Positions 38,481 to 52,300 of a DNA stretch of 64,000 nt are shown piece after piece. The stretch's first letter is position 1, and the number at the start of each line of letters is the position of its first letter. The stretch is from Eledone cirrhosa. Its lineage: Eukaryota. Location of the stretch: NCBI GenBank assembly GCA_964016885.1, contig OZ024741.1, positions 28,768,001 to 28,832,000 on the forward strand, written 5' to 3'. Below the pieces are notes generated by a model, which was not told the origin of the DNA, ran no database searches, and saw only the letters and a program-made list of their open reading frames with translations. The position numbers and the translations under genes were made by a program.

Positions 38481-39377
38481 ATGTATCTCCTCTGTGTCTA
38501 TTGTGTTGTGGTGCAGTTATAACGGTGGCACACATTGTCTCAGAGTGTCTGGAGAAGATGTTTCTCCTCTGTGTCTATTGTGTGGTGGTGCAGTTATAAC
38601 AGTGGTACACATTGTCTCAGTGTCTGGAGAAGATGTTTCTCCTCTGTGTCTATTGTGTGGTGGTGCAGTTATAACAGTGGAACACATTGTCTCAGAGTGT
38701 CTGGAGAAGACGTATCTCCTCTGTGTCTATTGTGTGGTGGTGCAGTTATAACAGTGGAACACATTGTCTCAGAGTGTCTGGAGAAGATGTATCTCCTCTG
38801 TGTCTATTGTGTGGAGGTGCAGTTATAACAGTGGCATACATTGTCTCAGAGTGTCTGGAGAAGATGTATCTCCTCTGTGTCTATTGTGTGGTGGTGCAGT
38901 TATAACAGTGGCACACATTGTCTCAGAGTGTGTGGAGAAGATGTATCTCCTCTGTGTCTATTGTGTGGTGATGCAGTTATAACAGTGGCACACATTGTCT
39001 CAGAGTGTGTGGAGAAGATGTATCTCCTCTGTGTCTATTGTGTGGTGATGCAGTTATAACAGTGTCACACATTGTCTCAGAGTGTCTGGAGAAGATGTAT
39101 CTCCCCCGTGTCTATTGTGTGGAGGTGCAGTTATAACAGTGGCATACATTGTCTCAGAGTGTCTGGAGAAGATGTATCTCCTCTGTGTCTATTGTGTGGT
39201 GGTGCAGTTATAACAGTGGCACACATTGTCTCAGAGTGTCTGGAGAAGATGTATCTCCCCCGTGTCTATTGTGTGGTGGTGCAGTTATAACAGTGGCATA
39301 CATTGTCTCAGAGTGTCTGGAGAAGATGTATCTCCCCCGTGTCTATTGTGTGGTGGTGCAGTTATAACAGTGGCATA

Positions 39378-42300
39378 CATTGTCTCAGAGTGTCTGGAGA
39401 AGATGTATCTCCTCTGTGTCTATTGTGTGGTGGTGCAGTTATAACAGTGTCACACGTTGTCTCAGAGTGTCTGGAGAAGATGTATCTCCTCTGTGTCTAT
39501 TGTGTGGTGGTGCAGTTATAACAGTGGCACACATTGGCTCAGAGTGTCTGGAGAAGTTGTATCTCCTCTGTGTCTATTGTGTGGTGGTGCAGTTATAACA
39601 GTGGCACACATTGTCTCAGAGTGTGTGGAGAAGATGTATCTCCTCTGTGTCTATTGTGTGGTGATGCAGTTATAACAGTGGCACACATTGTCTCAGAGTG
39701 TTTGGAGAAGATGTATCTCCTCTGTGTCTATTGTGTGGTGGTGCAGTTATAACAGTGGTACACATTGTCTCAGAGTGTCTGGAGAAGATGTATCTCCTCT
39801 GTGTCTATTGTGTGGTGGTGCAGTTATAACAGTGGCACACATTGTCTCAGAGTGTGTGGAGAAGATGTATCTCCTCTGTGTCTATTGTGTGGTGGTGCAG
39901 TTATAACAGTGGCACACATTGTCTCAGAGTGTCTGGAGAAGATGTATCTCCTCTGTGTCTATTGTGTGGTGATGCAGTTATAACAGTGGCACACATTGTC
40001 TCAGAGTGTGTGGAGAAGATGTATCTCCTCTGTGTCTATTGTGTGGTGGTGCAGTTATAACAGTGGTACACATTGTCTCAGAGTGTCTGGAGAAGATGTA
40101 TCTCCCCCGTGTCTATTGTGTGGAGGTGCAGTTATAACAGTGGAATACATTGTCTCAGAGTGTCTGGAGAAGATGTATCTCCTCTGTGTCTATTGTGTGG
40201 TGTAGGAGTTATAACAGTGGCACACATTGTCTCAGAGTGTCTGGAGAAGATGTATCTCCCCCGTGTCTATTGTGTGGAGGTGCAGTTATAACAGTGGCAT
40301 ACATTGTCTCAGAGTGTCTGGAGAAGATGTATCTCCTCTGTGTCTATTGTGTGGTGATGCAGTTATAACAGTGTCACACATTGTCTCAGAGTGTCTGGAG
40401 AAGATGTATCTCCCCCGTGTCTATTGTGTGGAGGTGCAGTTATAACAGTGGCATACATTGTCTCAGAGTGTCTGGAGAAGATGTATCTCCTCTGTGTCTA
40501 TTGTGTGGTGGTGCAGTTATAACAGTGGCACACATTGTCTCAGAGTGTCTGGAGAAGATGTATCTCCCCCGTGTCTATTGTGTGGTGGTGCAGTTATAAC
40601 AGTGGCATACATTGTCTCAGAGTGTCTGGAGAAGATGTATCTCCCCCGTGTCTATTGTGTGGTGGTGCAGTTATAACAGTGGCACACATTGTCTCAGCGT
40701 GTCTGGGGAAGTTGTATCTCCTCTGTGTCTATTGTGTGCTGGTGAAGTTATAACAGTGGCACACATTGTCTCAGAGTGTCTGGAGAAGATGTATCTCCTC
40801 TGTGTCTATTGTGTGGTGGTGCAGTAATAACAGTGGCACACTATGTCTCAGAGTGTCTGGAGAAGATGTATCTCCCCCGTGTCTATTGTGTGGTGGTGCA
40901 GTTATAACAGTGGCACACATTGTCTCAGAGTGTCTGGAGAAGATGTATCTCCTCTGTGTCTATTGTGTAGTGATGCAGTTATAACAGTGGTACACATTGT
41001 CTCAGAGTGTCTGGAGAAGATGTTTCTCCTCTGTGTCTATTGTGTGGTGGTGCAGTTATAACAGTGGTACACATTGTCTCAGTGTCTGGAGAAGATGTAT
41101 CTCCTCTGTGTCTATTGTGTTGTGGTGCAGTTATAACGGTGGCACACATTGTCTCAGAGTGTCTGGAGAAGATGTTTCTCCTCTGTGTCTATTGTGTGGT
41201 GGTGCAGTTATAACAGTGGTACACATTGTCTCAGTGTCTGGAGAAGATGTTTCTCCTCTGTGTCTATTGTGTGGTGGTGCAGTTATAACAGTGGTACACA
41301 TTGTCTCAGAGTGTCTGGAGAAGATGTTTCTCCTCTGTGTCTATTGTGTGGTGGTGCAGTTATAACAGTGGTACACATTGTCTCAGTGTCTGGAGAAGAT
41401 GTATCTCCTCTGTGTCTATTGTGTGGTGGTGCAGTTATAACAGTGGCACACATTGTCTCAGAGTGTCTGGAGAAGATGTATCTCCTCTGTGTCTATTGTG
41501 TTGTGGTGCAGTTATAACGGTGGCACACATTGTCTCAGAGTGTCTGAAAAAGATGTATCTCCCCTGTGTCTATTGTGTAGTGGTGCAGTTATAACAGTGG
41601 TACACATTGTCTCAGAGTGTCTGGAGAAGATGTATCTCCTCTGTGTCTATTGTGTGGTGGTGCAGTTATAACAGTGGCGGACATTGTCTCAGAGTGTCTG
41701 AAAAAGATGTATCTCCCCTGTGTCTATTGTGTAGTGGTGCAGTTATAACAGTGGAACACATTGTCTCAGAGTGTCTGGAGAAGATGTATCTCCTCTGTGT
41801 CTATTGTGTGGTGGTGCAGTTATAACAGTGGAACACATTGTCTCAGAGTGTCTGGAGAAGATGTATCTCCTCTGTGTCTATTGTGTGGAGGTGCAGTTAT
41901 AACAGTGGCATACATTGTCTCAGAGTGTCTGGAGAAGATGTATCTCCTCTGTGTCTATTGTGTGGTGGTGCAGTTATAACAGTGGCACACATTGTCTCAG
42001 AGTGTCTGGAGAAAATGTATCTCCTCTGAGTCTATTGTGTGGTGGTGCAGTTATAACAGTGGCACACATTGTCTCAGAGTGTCTGGAGAAGATGTATCTC
42101 CTCTGTGTCTATTGTGTGGTGGTGCAGTTATAACAGTGGCACACATTGTCTCAGAGTGTCTGGAGAAGATGTATCTCCTCTGTGTCTATTGTGTGGTGAT
42201 GCAGTTATAACAGTGGCACACATTGTCTCAGAGTGTCTGGAGACGATGTATCTCCTCTGTGTCTATTGTGTGGTGGTGCAGTTATAACAGTGGCACACAT

Positions 42301-42850
42301 TGTCTCAGTGTCTGGAGAAGATGTATCTCCTCTGTGTCTATTGTGTAGTGGTGCAGTTATAACAGTGGCACACATTGTCTCAGAGTGTCTGGAGAAGATG
42401 TATCTCCTCTGTGTCTATTGTGTAGTGGTGCAGTTATAACAGTGGCATACATTGTCTCAGAGTGTCTGGAGAGGACGTTTCTCCTCTGTGTCTATTGTGT
42501 GGTGGTGCAGTTATAACAGTGGTACACATTGTCTCAGAGTGTCTGGAGAAGATGTATCTCCTCTGTGTCTATTGTGTGGTGGTGCAGTTATAACAGTGGA
42601 ACACATTGTCTCAGAGTGTCTGGAGAAGATGTATCTCCTCTGTGTCTATTGTGTGGTGGTGCAGTTATAACAGTGGCACACATTGTCTCAGAGTGTCTGG
42701 AGAAGATGTATCTCCTCTGTGTCTATTGAGTGGTGGTGCAGTTATAACAGTGGCACACATTGTCTCAGAGTGTGTGGAGAAGATGTACCTCCTCTGTGTC
42801 TATTGTGTGGTGGTGCAGTTATAACAGTGGCACACATTGTCTCAGAGTGT
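39378..42850 (+). repeat. Long-range duplicate of about 28700-32170 (offset 10682 bp); also matches about 16.9-19.7 kb (offset 22457 bp)
   Basis: ORF pairs 29468/40150, 31310/41992 and 32078/42760 differ by 10682. Pairs 17693/40150, 18540/40997 and 19535/41992 differ by 22457. Confidence 0.85.
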
Positions 42851-44371
42851 GTGAAGATGTATCTCCTCTGTGTCTATTGTGTGGTGGTGCAGTTATAACA
42901 GATGCATACATTGTCTCAGAGTGTCTGGAGAAGATGTATCTCCCCCGTGTCTATCGTGTGGTGGTGCAGTTATAACAGTGGCACACATTGTCTCAGAGTG
43001 TTTGGAGAAGATGTATCTCCTCTGTGTCTATTGTGTAGTGGTGCAGTTATAACAGTGGCACACATTGTCTCAGAGTGTCTGGAGAAGACGTTTCTCCTCT
43101 GTGTCTATTGTGTGGTGGTGCAGTTATAACAGTGGCATACATTGTCTCAGAGTGTCTGGAGAAGATGTATCTCCTCTGTGTCTATTGTGTGGTGGTGCAG
43201 TTATAACAGTGGCATACATTGTCTCAGAGTGTCTGGAGAAGATGTATCTCCTCTGTGTCTATTGTGTGGTGGTGCAGTTATAACAGTGGTACACCTTGTC
43301 TCAGAGTGTGTGGAGAAGATGTATCTCCTCTGTGTCTATTGTGTGGTGGTGCAGTTATAACAGATGCATACATTGTCTCAGAGTGTCTGGAGGAGATGTA
43401 TCTCCCCCGTGTCTATTGTGTGGTGGTGCAGTTATAACAGTGGCTCACCTTGTCTCAGAGTGTCTGGGGAAGTTGTATCTCCTCTGTGTCTATTGTGTGG
43501 TGGTGCAGTAATAACAGTGGCACACATTGTCTCAGAGTGTCTGGAGAAGATGTATCTCCTCTGTGTCTATTGTGTGGTGGTGAAGTTATAACAGTGGCAC
43601 ACATTGTCTCAGAGTGTCTGGAGAAGATGTATCTCCTCTGTGTCTATTGTGTGGTGGTGCAGTAATAACAGTGGCACACTATGTCTCAGAGTGTCTGGAG
43701 AAGATGTATCTCCCCCGTGTCTATCGTGTGGTGGTGCAGTTATAACAGTGGCACACATTGTCTCAGAGTGTTTGGAGAAGATGTATCTCCCCTGTGTCTA
43801 TTGTGTAGTGGTGCAGTTATAACAGTGGCACACATTGTCTCAGAGTGTCTGGAGAAGATGTATCTCCTCTGTGTCTATTGTGTGGTGGTGCAGTTATAAC
43901 AGTGGCGGACATTGTCTCAGAGTGTCTGAAAAAGATGTATCTCCCCTGTGTCTATTGTGTAGTGGTGCAGTTATAACAGTGGTACACATTGTCTCAGAGT
44001 GTCTGGAGAAGATGTATCTCCTCTGTGTCTATTGTGTGGTGGTGCAGTTATAACAGTGGAACACATTGTCTCAGAGTGTCTGGAGAAGATGTATCTCCTC
44101 TGTGTCTATTGTGTGGAGGTGCAGTTATAACAGTGGCATACATTGTCTCAGAGTGTCTGGAGAAGATGTATCTCCTCTGTGTCTATTGTGTGGTGGTGCA
44201 GTTATAACAGTGGCATACATTGTCTCAGAGTGTCTGGAGAAGATGTATCTCCTCTGTGTCTATTGTGTGGTGGTGCAGTTATAACAGTGGCACACATTGT
44301 CTCAGAGTGTCTGGAGAAGATGTATCACCTCTGTGTCTATTGTGTGGTGGTGCAGTTATAACAGTGGCACA

Positions 44372-47300
44372 CATTGTCTCAGAGTGTCTGGAGAAGATGT
44401 ATCTCCTCTGTGTCTATTGTGTGGTGGTGCAGTTATAACAGTGGCGGACATTGTCTCAGAGTGTCTGAAAAAGATGTATCTCCCCTGTGTCTATTGTGTG
44501 GTGGTGCAGTTATAACAGTGGCACACATTGTCTCAGAGTGTCTGGAGAAGATGTATCTCCTCTGTGTCTATTGTGTGGAGGTGCAGTTATAACAGTGGCA
44601 TACATTGTCTCAGAGTGTCTGGAGAAGATGTATCTCCTCTGTGTCTATTGTGTGGTGGTGCAGTTATAACAGTGGCACACATTGTCTCAGAATGTCTGGA
44701 GAAGATGTATCTCCTCTGTGTCTATTGTGTGGTGGTGCAGTTATAACAGTGGAACACATTGTCTCAGAGTGTCTGGAGAAGATGTATCTCCTCTGTGTCT
44801 ATTGTGTGGTGGTGCAGTTATAACAGTGGCACACATTGTCTCAGAGTGTCTGGAGAAGATGTATCTCCTCTGTGTCTATTGCGTGGTGGTGTAGTTATAA
44901 CAGTGGCATACATTGTCTCAGAGTGTCTGGAGAAGATGTATCTCCTCTGTGTCTATTGTGTGGTGGTGCAGTTATAACAGTGTCACACGTTGTCTCAGAG
45001 TGTCTGGAGAAGATGTATCTCCTCTGTGTCTATTGTGTGGTGGTGGAGTTATAACAGTGGCACACATTGTCTCAGAGTGTCTGGAGAAGATGTATCTCCT
45101 CTGTGTCTATTGTGTGGTGGTGCAGTTATAACAGTGGCACACATTGTCTCAGAGTGTGTGGAGAAGATGTATCTCCTCTGTGTCTATTGTGTGGTGATGC
45201 AGTTATAACAGTGGCACACATTGTCTCAGAGTGTGTGGAGAAGATGTATCTCCTCTGTGTCTATTGTGTGGTGGCGCAGTTATAACAGTGGTACACATTG
45301 TCTCAGAGTGTCTGGAGAAGATGTATCTCCCCTGTGTCTATTGTGTGGAGGTGCAGTTATAACAGTGGCATACATTGTCTCAGAGTGTCTGGAGAAGATG
45401 TATCTCCTCTGTGTCTATTGTGTAGTGGTGCAGTTATAACAGTGGCACACATTGTCTCAGAGTGTCTGGAGAAGATGTATCTCCCCGTGTCTATTGTGTG
45501 GTGGTGCAGTTATAACAGTGGCATACATTGTCTCAGAGTGTCTGGAGAAGATGTATCTCCCCCGTGTCTATTGTGTGGTGGTGCAGTTATAACAGTGGCA
45601 CACATTGTCTCAGAGTGTCTGGGGAAGTTGTATCTCCTCTGTGTCTATTGTGTGCTGGTGAATTTATAACAGTGGCACACATTGTCTCAGAGTGTCTGGA
45701 GAAGATGTATCTCCTCTGTGTCTATTGTGTGGTGGTACAGTAATAACAGTGGCACACTATGTCTCAGAGTGTCTGGAGAAGATGTATCTCCCCCGTGTCT
45801 ATTGTGTGGTGGTGCAGTTATAACAGTGGAACACATTGTCTCAGAGTGTCTGGAGAAGATGTATCTCCTCTGTGTCTATTGTGTGGAGGTGCAGTCATAA
45901 CAGTGGCATACATTGTCTCAGAGTGTCTGGAGAAGATGTATCTCCTCTGTGTCTATTGTGTAGTGGTGCAGTTATAATAGTGGCATACATTGTCTCAGAG
46001 TGTCTGGAGAAGATGTATCTCCTCTGTGTCTATTGTGTGGTGGTGCACTTATAACAGTGGCACACATTGTCTCAGAGTGTCTGGAGAAGATGTATCTCCT
46101 CTGTGTCTATTGTGTGGTGGTGCAGTTATAACAGTGGCATACATTGTCTCAGAGTGTCTGGAGAAGATGTATCTCCTCTGTGTCTATTGTGTGGTGGTAC
46201 AGTAATAACAGTGGCACACTATGTCTCAGAGTGTCTGGAGAAGATGTATCTCCCCCGTGTCTATTGTGTGGTGGTGCAGTTATAACAGTGGCACACATTG
46301 TCTCAGAGTGTCTGGAGAAGATGTATCTCCTCTGTGTCTATTGTGTGGAGGTGCAGTCATAACAGTGGCATACATTGTCTCAGAGTGTCTGGAGAAGATG
46401 TATCTCCTCTGTGTCTATTGTGTAGTGGTGCAGTTATAACAGTGGCATACATTGTCTCAGAGTGTCTGGAGAAGATGTATCTCCTCTGTGTCTATTGTGT
46501 GGTGGTGCAGTTATAACAGTGGCACACATTGTCTCAGAGTGTCTGGAGAAGATGTATCTCCTCTGTGTCTATTGTGTGGTGGTGCAGTTATAACAGTGGC
46601 GGACATTGTCTCAGAGTGTCTGAAAAAGATGTATCTCCCCTGTGTATATTGTGTGGTTGTGCAGTTATAACAGTGGCACACATTGTCTCAGAGTGTCTGG
46701 AGAATATGTTTCTCCTCTGTGTCTATTGTGTGGTGGTGCAGTTATAACGGTGGCACACATTGTCTCAGAGTGTCTGGAGAAGATGTATCTCCTCTGTGTC
46801 TATTGTGTAGTGATGCAATTATAACAGTGGCACACATTGTCTCAGAGTGTCTGGAGAATATGTTTCTCCTCTGTGTCTATTGTGTGGTGGTGCAGTTATA
46901 ACGGTGGCACACATTGTCTCAGAGTGTCTGGAGAAGATGTATCTCCTCTGTGTCTATTGTGTGGTGGTGCAGTTATAACAGTGGCGGACATTGTCTCAGA
47001 GTGTCTGAAAAAGATGTATCTCCCCTGTGTCTATTGTGTGGTGGTGCAGTTATAACAGTGGCACACATTGTCTCAGAGTGTCTGGAGAAGATGTATCTCC
47101 TCTGTGTCTATTGTGTGGAGGTGCAGTTATAACAGTGGCATACATTGTCTCAGAGTGTCTGGAGAAGATGTATCTCCTCTGTGTCTATTGTGTGGTGGTG
47201 CAGTTATAACAGTGGCACACATTGTCTCAGAATGTCTGGAGAAGATGTATCTCCTCTGTGTCTATTGTGTGGTGGTGCAGTTATAACAGTGGAACACATT

Positions 47301-49374
47301 GTCTCAGAGTGTCTGGAGAAGATGTATCTCCTCTGTGTCTATTGTGTGGTGGTGCAGTTATAACAGTGGCACACATTGTCTCAGAGTGTCTGGAGAAGAT
47401 GTATCTCCTCTGTGTCTATTGCGTGGTGGTGTAGTTATAACAGTGGCATACATTGTCTCAGAGTGTCTGGAGAAGATGTATCTCCTCTGTGTCTATTGTG
47501 TGGTGGTGCAGTTATAACAGTGTCACACGTTGTCTCAGAGTGTCTGGAGAAGATGTATCTCCTCTGTGTCTATTGTGTGGTGGTGGAGTTATAACAGTGG
47601 CACACATTGTCTCAGAGTGTCTGGAGAAGATGTATCTCCTCTGTGTCTATTGTGTGGTGGTGCAGTTATAACAGTGGCACACATTGTCTCAGAGTGTGTG
47701 GAGAAGATGTATCTCCTCTGTGTCTATTGTGTGGTGATGCAGTTATAACAGTGGCACACATTGTCTCAGAGTTTGTGGAGAAGATGTATCTCCTCTGTGT
47801 CTATTGTGTGGTGGCGCAGTTATAACAGTGGTACACATTGTCTCAGAGTGTCTGGAGAAGATGTATCTCCCCTGTGTCTATTGTGTGGAGGTGCAGTTAT
47901 AACAGTGGCATACATTGTCTCAGAGTGTCTGGAGAAGATGTATCTCCTCTGTGTCTATTGTGTAGTGGTGCAGTTATAACAGTGGCACACATTGTCTCAG
48001 AGTGTCTGGAGAAGATGTATCTCCCCGTGTCTATTGTGTGGTGGTGCAGTTATAACAGTGGCATACATTGTCTCAGAGTGTCTGGAGAAGATGTATCTCC
48101 CCCGTGTCTATTGTGTGGTGGTGCAGTTATAACAGTGGCACACATTGTCTCAGAGTGTCTGGGGAAGTTGTATCTCCTCTGTGTCTATTGTGTGCTGGTG
48201 AATTTATAACAGTGGCACACATTGTCTCAGAGTGTCTGGAGAAGATGTATCTCCTCTGTGTCTATTGTGTGGTGGTACAGTAATAACAGTGGCACACTAT
48301 GTCTCAGAGTGTCTGGAGAAGATGTATCTCCCCCGTGTCTATTGTGTGGTGGTGCAGTTATAACAGTGGCACACATTGTCTCAGAGTGTCTGGAGAAGAT
48401 GTATCTCCTCTGTGTCTATTGTGTGGAGGTGCAGTCATAACAGTGGCATACATTGTCTCAGAGTGTCTGGAGAAGATGTATCTCCTCTGTGTCTATTGTG
48501 TAGTGGTGCAGTTATAACAGTGGCATACATTGTCTCAGAGTGTCTGGAGAAGATGTATCTCCTCTGTGTCTATTGTGTGGTGGTGCACTTATAACAGTGG
48601 CACACATTGTCTCAGAGTGTCTGGAGAAGATGTATCTCCTCTGTGTCTATTGTGTGGTGGTGCAGTTATAACAGTGGCATACATTGTCTCAGAGTGTCTG
48701 GAGAAGATGTATCTCCTCTGTGTCTATTGTGTGGTGGTACAGTAATAACAGTGGCACACTATGTCTCAGAGTGTCTGGAGAAGATGTATCTCCCCCGTGT
48801 CTATTGTGTGGTGGTGCAGTTATAACAGTGGCACACATTGTCTCAGAGTGTCTGGAGAAGATGTATCTCCTCTGTGTCTATTGTGTGGAGGTGCAGTCAT
48901 AACAGTGGCATACATTGTCTCAGAGTGTCTGGAGAAGATGTATCTCCTCTGTGTCTATTGTGTAGTGGTGCAGTTATAACAGTGGCATACATTGTCTCAG
49001 AGTGTCTGGAGAAGATGTATCTCCTCTGTGTCTATTGTGTGGTGGTGCAGTTATAACAGTGGCGGACATTGTCTCAGAGTGTCTGAAAAAGATGTATCTC
49101 CCCTGTGTATATTGTGTGGTTGTGCAGTTATAACAGTGGCACACATTGTCTCAGAGTGTCTGGAGAATATGTTTCTCCTCTGTGTCTATTGTGTGGTGGT
49201 GCAGTTATAACGGTGGCACACATTGTCTCAGAGTGTCTGGAGAAGATGTATCTCCTCTGTGTCTATTGTGTAGTGATGCAATTATAACAGTGGCACACAT
49301 TGTCTCAGAGTGTCTGGAGAATATGTTTCTCCTCTGTGTCTATTGTGTGGTGGTGCAGTTATAACGGTGGCACA
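44372..49374 (+). repeat. Higher-order repeat: tandem 33-mer (2540 bp) followed by a 32-mer copy; a partial third copy lies at about 53840-55260
   Basis: ORF pairs 44682/47222, 45298/47838 and 46298/48838 differ by 2540 (33x77-1). Pair 46683/49146 differs by 2463. Shared markers CAGAATG, GGCGCAG and the 1-bp deletion CTCCCCGT recur at about 54150-54960. Confidence 0.9.
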
Positions 49375-52300
49375 CATTGTCTCAGAGTGTCTGGAGAAGA
49401 TGTATCTCCTCTGTGCCTATTGTGTGGTGGTGCAGTTATAAAAGTGGCGGACATTGTCTCAGAGTGTCTGAAAAAGATGTATCTCCCCTGTGTCTATTGT
49501 GGGGTGGTGCAGTTATAACAGTGGCACACATTGTCTCAGAGTGTCTGGAGAAGATGTATCTCCTCTGTGTCTATTGTGTGGAGGTGCAGTTATAACAGTG
49601 GCATACATTGTCTCAGAGTGTCTGGAGAAGATGTATCTCCTCTGTGTCTATTGTGTGGTGGTGCAGTTATAACAGTGGCACACATTGTCTCAGAGTGTCT
49701 GGAGAAGATGTATCTCCTCTGTGTCTATTGTGTGGTGGTGCAGTTATAACAGTGGCATACATTGTCTCAGAGTGTCTGGAGAAGATGTATCTCCTCTGTG
49801 TCTATTGTGTGGTGGTGCAGTTATAACAGTGGTACACATTGTCTCAGAGTGTCTGGAGAAGATGTATCTCCTCTGTGTCTATTGTGTGGTGGTGCAGTTA
49901 TAACAGTGGAACACATTGTCTCAGAGTGTCTGGAGAAGATGTATCTCCTCTGTGTCTATTGTGTGGAGGTGCAGTTATAACAGTGGCACACTATGTCTCA
50001 GAGTGTCTGGAGAAGATGTATCTCCCCCGTGTCTATTGTGTGGTGGTGCAGTTATAACAGTGGCACACATTGTCTCATAGTGTCTGGAGAAGATGTATCT
50101 CCTCTGTGTCTATTGTGTAGTGATGCAGTTATAACAGTGGTACACATTGTCTCAGAGTGTCTGGAGAAGATGTTTCTCCTCTGTGTCTATTGTGTGGTGG
50201 TGCAGTAATAACAGTGGCACACATTGTCTCAGAGTGTCTGGAGAAGATGTATCACCCCCGTGTCTATTGTGTGGTGGTGCAGTTATAACAGTGGCACACT
50301 ATGTCTCAGAGTGTCTGGAGAAGATGTTTCTCCTCTGTGTCTATTGTGTGGTGGTGCAGTTATAACAGTGGCATACATTGTCTCAGAGTGTCTGGAGAAG
50401 ATGTATCTCCTCTGTGTCTATTGTGTGGTGGTGCAGTTATAACAGTGGCACACATTGTCTCAGAGTGTCTGGAGAAGATGTATCACCTCTGTGTCTATTG
50501 TGTGGTGGTGCAGTTATAACAGTGGCACAAATTGTCTCAGAGTGTCTGGAGAAGATGTATCTCCTCTGTGTCTATTGTGTGGTGGTGCAGTTATAACAGT
50601 GGCACACATTGTCTCAGAGTGTCTGGAGAAGATGTATCACCTCTGTGTCTATTGTGTGGTGGTGCAGTTATAACAGTGGCACACATTGTCTCAGAGTGTC
50701 TGGAGAAGATGTATCTCCTCTGTGTCTATTGTGTGGTGGTGCAGTTATAACAGTGGCGGACACTGTCTCAGAGTGTCTGAAAAAGATGTATCTCCCCTGT
50801 GTCTATTGTGTGGTGGTGCAGTTATAACAGTGGCACACATTGTCTCAGAGTGTCTGGAGAAGATGTATCTCCTCTGTGTCTATTGTGTGGTGGTGCAGTT
50901 ATAACGGTGGCACACATTGTCTCAGAGTGTCTGGAGAAGATGTATCTCCTCTGTGTCTATTGTGTGGAGGTGCAGTTATAACAGTGGCATACATTGTGTC
51001 AGAGTGTCTGGAGAAGATGTATCTCCTCTGTGTCTATTGTGTGGTGGTGCAGTCATAACAGTGGCATACATTGTCTCAGAGTGTCTGGAGAAGATGTATC
51101 TCCTCTGTGTCTATTGTGTAGTGGTGCAGTTATAACAGTGGCATACATTGTCTCAGAGTGTCTGGAGAAGATGTATCTCCTCTGTGTCTATTGTGTGGTG
51201 GTGCACTTATAACAGTGGCACACATTGTCTCAGAGTGTCTGGAGAAGATGTATCTCCTCTGTTTCTATTGTGTGGTGGTGCAGTTATAACAGTGGCATAC
51301 ATTGTCTCAGAGTGTCTGGAGAAGATGTATCTCCCCCGTGTCTATTGTGTGGTGGTGCAGTTATAACAGTGGCACACATTGTCTCAGAGTGTCTGGGGAA
51401 GTTGTATCTCCTCTGTGTCTATTGTGTGCTGGTGAATTTATAACAGTGGCACACATTGTCTCAGAGTGTCTGGAGAAGATGTATCTCCTCTGTGTCTATT
51501 GTGTGGTGGTACAGTAATAACAGTGGCACACTATGTCTCAGAGTGTCTGGAGAAGATGTATCTCCCCCGTGTCTATTGTGTGGTGGTGCAGTTATAACAG
51601 TGGCACACATTGTCTCAGAGTGTCTGGAGAAGATGTATCTCCTCTGTGTCTATTGTGTGGAGGTGCAGTCATAACAGTGGCATACATTGTCTCAGAGTGT
51701 CTGGAGAAGATGTATCTCCTCTGTGTCTATTGTGTAGTGGTGCAGTTATAACAGTGGCATACATTGTCTCAGAGTGTCTGGAGAAGATGTATCTCCTCTG
51801 TGTCTATTGTGTGGTGGTGCAGTTATAACAGTGGCACACATTGTCTCAGAGTGTCTGGAGAAGATGTATCTCCTCTGTGTCTATTGTGTGGTGGTGCAGT
51901 TATAACAGTGGCGGACATTGTCTCAGAGTGTCTGAAAAAGATGTATCTCCCCTGTGTATATTGTGTGGTTGTGCAGTTATAACAGTGGCACACATTGTCT
52001 CAGAGTGTCTGGAGAATATGTTTCTCCTCTGTGTCTATTGTGTGGTGGTGCAGTTATAACGGTGGCACACATTGTCTCAGAGTGTCTGGAGAAGATGTAT
52101 CTCCTCTGTGTCTATTGTGTAGTGATGCAATTATAACAGTGGCACACATTGTCTCAGAGTGTCTGGAGAATATGTTTCTCCTCTGTGTCTATTGTGTGGT
52201 GGTGCAGTTATAACGGTGGCACACATTGTCTCAGAGTGTCTGGAGAAGATGTATCTCCTCTGTGCCTATTGTGTGGTGGTGCAGTTATAAAAGTGGCGCA

